Shown piece after piece: positions 57,270-64,000 of a stretch of DNA of 64,000 nucleotides. Positions within the stretch are counted from its first letter, which is position 1, and every line of letters begins with the position of its first letter. The position numbers and the translations under genes are program-made. The notes below the pieces were generated by a model. That model did not search any database. It was not told the DNA's origin and worked only from the letters and a program-made list of their open reading frames with translations. Source of the stretch: an uncultured Chlorobiaceae bacterium (GTDB taxonomy: Bacteria > Bacteroidota > Chlorobiia > Chlorobiales > Chlorobiaceae); NCBI GenBank assembly GCA_903994365.1, contig CAJEXL010000001.1, positions 103,419 to 167,418 on the forward strand, given 5' to 3'.

Positions 57270-58137
57270 CTGTTGTTTTGGAGCCGACACCGATAAGGCT
57301 CACCATACGACCGGTTGTTCCTTTATCGCGGCGGTACGAGAAGAAGAGAGTGCTGTCGCGATATGAGCAAAAGGGGGAGCGCTCAATATTGGCTATCTGA
57401 ATTCCTGCGTCAAGCAGTTGCTGGAAGTTTACCTTCCCGAGATCGAGCAGGTATTTTTCCTCTTTCGCTGAGAGGTGTGACGGACTGCTTTCATCAGCCC
57501 GAAATGCCTTTGCCACCTCTCGACTAACTTCATAGGCATCACCTGAAATACCTGTCCCTATCCAGGCAATACATTCTGACGGCAGAGAGCCAAAGTTTTT
57601 TTGCATCGCATCAATGGTTTTGAGCACAATCTCACCTGCGGCCCCTTTCCAGCCAGCATGAATCGCGCATGAGGCATTGTGCCGGGGGTCAAAAACAAGT
57701 ATGGGGTAGCAGTCGGCGGTAAAGACCGAGAGGAAGAGATTCTCTTTGTTTGTGATGAATGCATCATAGCCGTGGTAAGCTCCTGGTTTTTCTGCGAGAA
57801 GTATTTCTGTGCCATGGACTTGCTCCGAACGAACCATTTGTTCATGATCAATACCTGCCGCTGCACAGAGGCGACGTGTGTTTTCGTGCACACACTCCGG
57901 TCTGTCATCAGTATTGGTTCCGAGGTTCAATGATGCATACATTCCTTCGCTAACTCCACCGGTTCTGGTGCTTTGCAGCGCTATAAGTTCCGGGTAGTTT
58001 CTGAAGATCCCCGGGATGATATACTCAGAGGGTTCAGGGAGGCAAGTTTCCTGCATGGCAGCTAAATCAGAGATCATTCCGTAGGTGCTTGGCAAAAAGT
58101 CATTCCGTAATTCAGCATTGAGCTTTGCTTTAATCAT
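57262..58137 (-). CDS. pgeF: peptidoglycan editing factor PgeF (YfiH family)
   Basis: TR.GGVS, QVHG, TADC.P, HAGW.G, FFSYRR...TGR; true start probably downstream of 58137. Confidence 0.93.
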   Translation of the reverse strand: MIKAKLNAELRNDFLPSTYGMISDLAAMQETCLPEPSEYIIPGIFRNYPELIALQSTRTGGVSEGMYASLNLGTNTDDRPECVHENTRRLCAAAGIDHEQMVRSEQVHGTEILLAEKPGAYHGYDAFITNKENLFLSVFTADCYPILVFDPRHNASCAIHAGWKGAAGEIVLKTIDAMQKNFGSLPSECIAWIGTGISGDAYEVSREVAKAFRADESSPSHLSAKEEKYLLDLGKVNFQQLLDAGIQIANIERSPFCSYRDSTLFFSYRRDKGTTGRMVSLIGVGSKTTVT

Positions 58138-58419
58138 GAGTATCTTGGCTATTTATTACGGAATCGATTACTGTGGAACGCCTGGTATTTGCACTTAATT
58201 GGCAAAACTGGTTATTTCTGAAGCTCACATTCCTGTGAATAATATGATTTTTATCAATCTCTTTTTACCATGATAGATAATCTGCGGTAAAGCATTCATT
58301 ATTTAAGGAAGTAGTCGTATCTTCACCAATAAATTGAGTTGGTGCCATTGCCGCATTTAATTGTTTTGTTCCTTGCAGATCGCGGTGCCTGTTTTAATGA
58401 AATCGTAAGGAGCTTGACG

Positions 58420-58668
58420 ATGGTAGTGCTTGATGATGAGAGGTTTCCGGCTAAATTTGGACGTTCGGTTCGTGCGGTCTCCGATTATATGGGAATTGGT
58501 TTACAGATTGCGGCGAGCTTTGCTTTTTTTGTTTTTCTGGGCTATTGGGCAGATACTCAGGCTGGGACATCGCCATTACTGCTTTTGGCGGGAGTTGTGG
58601 TGGGAATGGGTGGAATGGCGCTTGTGCTCATGAAGGTTGTTCGAACAGCCAACGCCAAAAAAAAATGA
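58420..58668 (+). CDS. AtpZ/AtpI (ATP synthase gene 1) family membrane protein
   Basis: G.Q.A ... GYW.D...GTSP motif, two TM helices, first gene of the atp operon. Confidence 0.85.
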   Translation: MVVLDDERFPAKFGRSVRAVSDYMGIGLQIAASFAFFVFLGYWADTQAGTSPLLLLAGVVVGMGGMALVLMKVVRTANAKKK

Positions 58669-58714
58669 TTTATACTGTTAATTGCACTTGTTTAGCGAGA
58701 AAGAGGCGGTTGTT

Positions 58715-59101
58715 ATGAAGCCATTGTTTGAATTTTTTATTAAGTTGTTTATCTTATCCGTCATTTTATGGGGGGCTGTATATTTCTCGTTTGAGTCCGC
58801 AACTACAGATTATTATTCGGTTTTTCTTGCCTGGGTGATGGTAGTCTGTAATACCGTGGTCGGTTATCTGCTCTTTGAGTATGCAATTGACAAAAGCTCA
58901 ACAGATTTTACGAAGTTTGTATTTGGCGGTCTTACTGTAAGGTTACTTCTGATGATGGGGATAATTGCCCTGGTTCTTGTCAAAAATCTTGTTGTCGTCA
59001 ATGATTTTGTTTTTTCATTTTTTGCTTTTTACTGTATTTATGTGATCGTAGAAATTCTTGGTTATCAAAAGAAAAACAAACAGAAAAAGAATAGTGCATG
59101 A
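58715..59101 (+). CDS. ATP synthase protein I-like membrane protein
   Basis: Four TM helices; overlaps the atpB start (ATGA). Confidence 0.7.
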   Translation: MKPLFEFFIKLFILSVILWGAVYFSFESATTDYYSVFLAWVMVVCNTVVGYLLFEYAIDKSSTDFTKFVFGGLTVRLLLMMGIIALVLVKNLVVVNDFVFSFFAFYCIYVIVEILGYQKKNKQKKNSA

Positions 59102-60114
59102 AACGGTTAAACGTCTTACATCCCAAGTCTCTTGTCAAGGTGATGGCGATCCTTGTTGCTCTTCTTGTCAATACGGGCGGTTTCTCTGGCGAGGCCAGTG
59201 CCCAGTCGCCTGAAGCTTCTGCAGAGGTGGTTTCCGCTACGGCTGCAGCATCTGAACATGGTGCGCCTGTTGCTCATGGAGAGGAAAAAGCGGGTGATGT
59301 AATCATGCATCATGTTTTTGACAGTAATATTTTTGCCTTTCATCCCTTTGGAGAGATAGAACTACCCAAAATAGCACCTGTTGCGGGTATTGATATTTCG
59401 ATTACCAAGCATGTCGTCATGATGTGGCTTGTGTCAGCAATTCTTCTGGTTGTTTTCTCTTTCGTGGGCGGCAAGTATAAAAAGATGACCAACCGCCAGG
59501 CACCAAAAGGATTGACTAATGCGATGGAAGCGCTGGTCGAGTTTATCCGGCTTGATGTGGCAAAGTCTAACATTGGGCATGGTTATGAAAAGCATCTTCC
59601 CTATCTGCTTACCGTATTCTTCTTTATTTTGCTCTGTAATCTTCTTGGTCTCGTTCCTTATGGCGCAACGGCGACAGGTAACATTAACGTAACCCTTGCC
59701 TTGGCGATATTTACTTTTTTTATTACCCAGGTTGCTGCGTTGAAAGCTCATGGGCTCAAAGGTTTTCTCGTTCATTTGACGGCAGGCACTCATTGGTCGT
59801 TGTGGATTATCATGATTCCTATTGAGGTTATTGGTCTTTTCACCAAGCCATTTGCTCTTGCCATACGACTTTTTGCCAATATGACAGCTGGCCATATTGT
59901 GATACTCAGCCTTATTTTTATAAGCTTTATTCTCAAGAGTTATGTCGTCGCCGTAGCGGTTTCTGTTCCTTTTTCGATTTTTATCTATTTGCTTGAACTT
60001 TTTGTGGCGTTTCTTCAGGCATTTATTTTTACGATGCTTTCAGCTCTTTTTATAGGCCTTGCTACAGCTCATGAAGGTCATGACGAGCATGCAGCAGAGG
60101 TTGCTCATCACTGA
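59098..60114 (+). CDS. atpB: F0 ATP synthase subunit a
   Basis: [30 protein letters not shown]. Confidence 0.97.
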   Translation: MKRLNVLHPKSLVKVMAILVALLVNTGGFSGEASAQSPEASAEVVSATAAASEHGAPVAHGEEKAGDVIMHHVFDSNIFAFHPFGEIELPKIAPVAGIDISITKHVVMMWLVSAILLVVFSFVGGKYKKMTNRQAPKGLTNAMEALVEFIRLDVAKSNIGHGYEKHLPYLLTVFFFILLCNLLGLVPYGATATGNINVTLALAIFTFFITQVAALKAHGLKGFLVHLTAGTHWSLWIIMIPIEVIGLFTKPFALAIRLFANMTAGHIVILSLIFISFILKSYVVAVAVSVPFSIFIYLLELFVAFLQAFIFTMLSALFIGLATAHEGHDEHAAEVAHH

Positions 60115-60198
60115 TTCGCTTTTTATTGATCGATTTTCAAAACTGCTAATTATTTTTTAGCAAAAAACTTACAACAAATAAACGGAGGTAATGACAAG

Positions 60199-60426
60199 AT
60201 GGAAGGTTTAGGTTTAGCTTATTTAGGTGCAGGCCTTGGTGCCGGTTTGGCAGTTATTGGCGCCGGTCTTGGTATTGGTAACATTGCAGCTTCTGCCGCT
60301 GAGGGTACGGCTCGTCAGCCAGAGGCTACATCGGATATTCGTACCACCATGATTATTGCCGCAGCTCTTATTGAGGGTGTTGCTCTTTTCGGTGAAGTTA
60401 TCTGTGTGCTTCTTGCTCTTAAGTAA
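60199..60426 (+). CDS. atpE: F0 ATP synthase subunit c
   Basis: G.G.G.G, ARQPE, ALIEG. Confidence 0.98.
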   Translation: MEGLGLAYLGAGLGAGLAVIGAGLGIGNIAASAAEGTARQPEATSDIRTTMIIAAALIEGVALFGEVICVLLALK

Positions 60427-60529
60427 GATTCTGAGCGGTCTGCAGATTCGATACAGAAGATATCCCGATTGTGGCTGCTCTTATCAAGCTGCAATCGGGC
60501 TTTATTAATCGTTAACTGAAACATTGTTC

Positions 60530-61057
60530 ATGCTTACGTCAGGAGTTATACTTCTTCAGGCTAATCTTTTGAGCCCGAATCCCGGCCTTATTTTCTGGAC
60601 TGCTGTAACATTTGTCATTGTGCTCCTTATTCTGAAGAAGATTGCCTGGGGGCCTATTATTACCGCTTTGGAAGAGAGAGAAAAAGGAATTCAGTCATCT
60701 ATTGACCGTGCGCATCAGGCCAAGGATGAATCTGAGGCTATTTTGCGCAAGAACAAAGAGTTGCTTTCAAAAGCCGATGCTGAAGCTGATAAAATCATCC
60801 GCGAAGGAAAAGATTATGCCGAAAAGCTTCGGGCTGATATAACAGGTAAAGCACAAGAAGAGTCCAAAAAAATGATTGCTGCGGCATTGAGTTCAATTGA
60901 GCAGGAGAAACATCGTGCGCTTGATGTCTTGAGGAATGAGGTTGCCGATCTTGCGGTCATGGGTGCCGAGAAGATTATCAAGACAGCACTTGATGCTGAT
61001 ATGCAGAAAAAAATAGTTAACAGCATGATTCAGGATCTTTCAACAAAACGTAACTGA
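60530..61057 (+). CDS. atpF: F0 ATP synthase subunit b
   Basis: N-terminal TM, W.PI...L.ER...I, long coiled coil. Confidence 0.96.
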   Translation: MLTSGVILLQANLLSPNPGLIFWTAVTFVIVLLILKKIAWGPIITALEEREKGIQSSIDRAHQAKDESEAILRKNKELLSKADAEADKIIREGKDYAEKLRADITGKAQEESKKMIAAALSSIEQEKHRALDVLRNEVADLAVMGAEKIIKTALDADMQKKIVNSMIQDLSTKRN

Positions 61058-61070
61058 AAACGCTCACGAC

Positions 61071-61616
61071 ATGTCAAGTTTAATTGCAAGCCGTCGATAT
61101 GCATCAGCTCTGTTGACTGCCGCAGTGGAGGGGAATTTTCTTGATCAGATTGTCAGGGAGTTTGAGGAGATCAAAGAGGTTCTTCATAACTCACGCGATC
61201 TTACTCATACGTTGCGGAGTCCGGTTGTCAACGGTGACAAGAAAATCAAAATCCTTGAAGAAATTTTCAAGGACTCTGTTGGCGATCAAATGTTTGTCTT
61301 TTTAAGACTGGTCACCAGAAAAAAAAGAGCCGGGCAGCTTCCTGAAATTATTGACGAGTTTCAAATACTGCTTGACGAAAGGATGGGAGTTGTCAACGCT
61401 GCTATTGTCAGTGCTGTCACACTCTCTGACGAGCAGTCTGCCGGTCTGGTTGCACGCCTTGAGTCATATACAGGAAAGCGTGTCAGGGCAACGATGTCTA
61501 CCAACGCAGCCTTTATTGGAGGTGTCTCTGTTAAAATCGGTGATACTATCTTTGACGGCACCATTAGTCATCAGCTCACGAAACTCAGAGAGGTTCTTGT
61601 GTCGGAAACTGCATAA
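61071..61616 (+). CDS. atpH: F1 ATP synthase subunit delta
   Basis: A.RYA.AL, SA..L, IGG....IGD...DG. Confidence 0.95.
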   Translation: MSSLIASRRYASALLTAAVEGNFLDQIVREFEEIKEVLHNSRDLTHTLRSPVVNGDKKIKILEEIFKDSVGDQMFVFLRLVTRKKRAGQLPEIIDEFQILLDERMGVVNAAIVSAVTLSDEQSAGLVARLESYTGKRVRATMSTNAAFIGGVSVKIGDTIFDGTISHQLTKLREVLVSETA

Positions 61617-61647
61617 GTGGTGAGGTTTTTAAGCCGGCTTAACGGTC

Positions 61648-61678
61648 AATAGCCTGCTTTTGCAGGCTATTTTATTTA
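61648..61678 (+). terminator. intrinsic terminator of the atp operon
   Basis: AATAGCCTGC-TTTT-GCAGGCTATT followed by a T-rich tail. Confidence 0.85.
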
Positions 61679-61720
61679 TTCTCTGTGAGCGTCATCGCTT
61701 AAAGAAAGAGGTCGCAGGGA

Positions 61721-61793
61721 GGGGCTTTAGCTCAGTTGGTAGAGCGTCTCGTTCGCAATGAGAAGGTCAGGGGTTCGACTCCCCTAAGCTCCA
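61721..61793 (+). tRNA. tRNA-Ala (anticodon CGC)
   Basis: Cloverleaf: GGGGCTT/AAGCTCC acceptor with G3:U70, anticodon loop TT-CGC-AA, TTCGA T-loop; CCA not encoded. Confidence 0.95.
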
Positions 61794-62015
61794 CAAGTAT
61801 ATTCCCCTTACGCATAATGCTGATAGCTTCGCCTATTCGGCTTTTTCAACCACCGCATTTAAAAATGGGATGACTGATTGCTTATCAGGCAAAGAGATTG
61901 TAATTTCGCTCTTCTAATAAGGTTGTTGAGTCATGCAGTCAGCTACCAATTAGAAAAAAGAGATGAGTCAAAATAGTGCGAAAGTTGACAGGGCGACTCG
62001 TCTTTTAATCTGGTT

Positions 62016-62084
62016 TACCACGATGGCGGCCGGGGTCATTATCCCGTCCGTGGTGGGGAGCTTCCGGGCTTGTGCCCGTTTTTT
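62016..62084 (+). ncRNA. candidate small structured RNA or attenuator upstream of bamD
   Basis: TTGACA at 61985, hairpin 62016-62055, then terminator-like CGGGC-TTGT-GCCCG-T6. Confidence 0.35.
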
Positions 62085-62255
62085 ACCTTGCCTGGCTTTT
62101 CCACCTGTGGATGTTGTGGTGTGTGGGAGAAGCCTGGCAAGAGCAGTACACGCCTCTGCTGATAAATGCTCAATTTGATGGGTATGGTTTCGGATAGTTT
62201 TTTAGTTCTCCGATAGAGTTGTGGTTTTTTTAAAAGAGATAATGGAGCTATTTAC

Positions 62256-63155
62256 ATGTATAAGCCGGTCACCAGTTTTCTTTCTCATTCTGTAATAATG
62301 CTATTGGCGGCTGGAATAATGATGAGCTCAGGTTGTTCATCCACAAAGCCTCCTGCGACAGTGAGTTCCGTTCTTGATGAAAGTTATGCCAAGGCGGTTC
62401 AACTCTACGATAAAAAAGAGTATCAAGCAGCCTCTGTAGCGCTGGAATTACTGCTTTTTACATCTCCGGCAACAGCACTTGAAGATGATATCGTCTATCT
62501 TCTGGGGCTCTCTTATTACCAATCTGACCAGTATATGCTCGCTGCTGAAATGTTTTTGCGTATGCAGCAACAGATGCCCTCTTCATCCTATGCCCGTGCA
62601 TCCCAGTTTATGCTGGCCAAATCTTATGAAAAACTTTCACCACCGGCCGGACTTGATCAACAACCGACCCGAAAAGCGATTGAGAATTTTGCGCTCTATA
62701 TGGATCAGTATCCGATGAAAGATTCGTCAAGGATTTCGAGTGATGTTGAGACCTACCGTGAGTTACTGAAAATCAATCCTGATAATGATGCCTATAAGCA
62801 GCGCTATGCAACAGCATCCTCTCAGTTTGGCAGAATCGACAGTCTGAGGTATTCTGAGAAGGCGATTACCAAACTGCGAGAGAAATTGGCAAAAAACATC
62901 ATGATTGTGGCTCGGGAGTATGTACAGTTAGGAAAGCTCAAGGCTGCTGGTATTTTTTATGATGAATTGATAGAGCGTTATAGTGACACGAGCTACTTGC
63001 AACAGGCGATAGAAGGAAAGATAGATGTGCTGATTGTCAGAAATAAATGGTTTGACGCAGGGCTGACACTTGACCAGTACCTGAAGCGGTTTCCAGATAA
63101 AAAGAGAGAGATGCAGGGGATAAGGAATAAAATATCGCCGAATTCAAAAATCTGA
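62256..63155 (+). CDS. bamD: outer membrane protein assembly factor BamD
   Basis: Lipobox SSGC, TPR-like repeats, LDQ..T.KAI..F, L..KLA......A..Y. Confidence 0.88.
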   Translation: MYKPVTSFLSHSVIMLLAAGIMMSSGCSSTKPPATVSSVLDESYAKAVQLYDKKEYQAASVALELLLFTSPATALEDDIVYLLGLSYYQSDQYMLAAEMFLRMQQQMPSSSYARASQFMLAKSYEKLSPPAGLDQQPTRKAIENFALYMDQYPMKDSSRISSDVETYRELLKINPDNDAYKQRYATASSQFGRIDSLRYSEKAITKLREKLAKNIMIVAREYVQLGKLKAAGIFYDELIERYSDTSYLQQAIEGKIDVLIVRNKWFDAGLTLDQYLKRFPDKKREMQGIRNKISPNSKI

Positions 63156-63167
63156 TCAATTACATTC

Positions 63168-63770
63168 TTGCATATTGGGGTTTTCGGTGGCAGTTTTGAT
63201 CCGCCACACAATGGTCATCTTGCTCTCTTGCTCTTTGCCAGAGAGCTTCTTGATATCGACCGGATAATTATTTCGGTTTCCAACAATCCGTTCAAGCAAA
63301 ACCATTCTGTCGCTGATCTTTACAGAGCGAGAATGGCTGAACTGCTCGCACAGGAAATAAACGAGACTGGATTTTGCTGTGAGGCGAGTTGCTGGGAGTT
63401 GCAAAAACGGCAGCCGTCGTATACAGTCGATCTCATGCGCCATATTAAAGACTCTTACCCCTGTGACAAACTAACCCTGCTCATTGGCGAAGATAATTTC
63501 ACAGAGTTTCCCTTCTGGAAAGAGCCCGATACCCTTGTTGCTCTGTGTAATATTGTCGTGTTCAGAAGGGTCTTGATTGATGGGAAGCGCCAACGTGCAG
63601 ACGAAAAAGCTGTTGCACGCTTCATCACTTATCACTATCCTCTTTCATCAACAGATGTCAGGGCTCTGGCGGCTTCCGGAAAGTCACTTTTGAGATTTGT
63701 TCCACCATCCATCCATCGCTACATAGCTGATCAGGATCTCTACCGTTACCGCGACTCTCCTTTACATTGA
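63168..63770 (+). CDS. nadD: nicotinate-nucleotide adenylyltransferase
   Basis: [18 protein letters not shown]....F..WK, SST..R. Confidence 0.95.
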   Translation: MHIGVFGGSFDPPHNGHLALLLFARELLDIDRIIISVSNNPFKQNHSVADLYRARMAELLAQEINETGFCCEASCWELQKRQPSYTVDLMRHIKDSYPCDKLTLLIGEDNFTEFPFWKEPDTLVALCNIVVFRRVLIDGKRQRADEKAVARFITYHYPLSSTDVRALAASGKSLLRFVPPSIHRYIADQDLYRYRDSPLH

Positions 63771-64000
63771 TTGAGGTGCAGAGACTCCGAGAATCCTGAA
63801 GCCGTTCTGAAGCACCTGGCGTGTCGCTACCGAGAGAAACAGTCGAGCCTTGCAGATATCAGATTCTGCTTTAAGGATGGGGCACTCCTGGTAGAAGCGG
63901 TGAAACAGTTCAGCAAGGGAGTGCAGGTATTCAACCATTTTTTGCGGTTCGAGCAACCGAAGGCTCGCTTTGACCATATCAGGAAAGTTCAGCAGTGCAA
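63762..64000 (-). CDS. argS: arginine--tRNA ligase, C-terminal end (partial)
   Basis: YL..LA..FH.FY..C.IL ... ARL.L......L..G..ILGVSAP..M anticodon-binding domain. Confidence 0.93.
   Translation of the reverse strand, partial: ALLNFPDMVKASLRLLEPQKMVEYLHSLAELFHRFYQECPILKAESDICKARLFLSVATRQVLQNGFRILGVSAPQSM

Noticed and set aside
61721-61900. Prophage or island integrated at tRNA-Ala
   Set aside because: No duplicated tRNA 3' end or integrase seen; flanks are core genes.
61963-62178. 71-aa ORF upstream of bamD
   Set aside because: Runs through a terminator-like hairpin and inverted repeats; better explained as structured non-coding sequence.

Overview
Origin-proximal 64 kb of a green sulfur bacterium (Chlorobiaceae; inferred from the gene set and protein sequences). 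From about 9.7 kb onward it is mostly core genome: rnhB-yraN-gyrB, secDF-surA, a soxYZ-fccAB sulfide-oxidation cluster, parS-mnmG-parS, a family B DNA polymerase, fprA, dciA-recF-dnaN-dnaA with oriC, rpmH-rnpA-yidD-yidC, pgk, mltG, the dcw cluster (mraZ to ftsZ), the F0+delta atp operon, tRNA-Ala(CGC), bamD, nadD and the 3' end of argS. The first ~9.7 kb is accessory and holds the two most unusual signals. (1) 1-6.4 kb is a partly duplicated, defence-island-like locus. It has RelE-type toxin-antitoxin copies, a Schlafen/AlbA_2-ATPase-wHTH gene with one in-frame TGA, a PD-(D/E)xK nuclease with an EVE/PUA-like C-terminal domain, and three paralogous ~135-aa orphan genes with conserved leader and trailer elements. 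A C10 tract would fuse the nuclease to one paralog after a -1 slip. (2) 7.7-9.7 kb is a signal-peptide-less HExxHxxGxxD metalloprotease with an I9-like propeptide, followed by a gene encoding a stand-alone copy of that propeptide. All family assignments come from motif recognition by eye; no searches were run.
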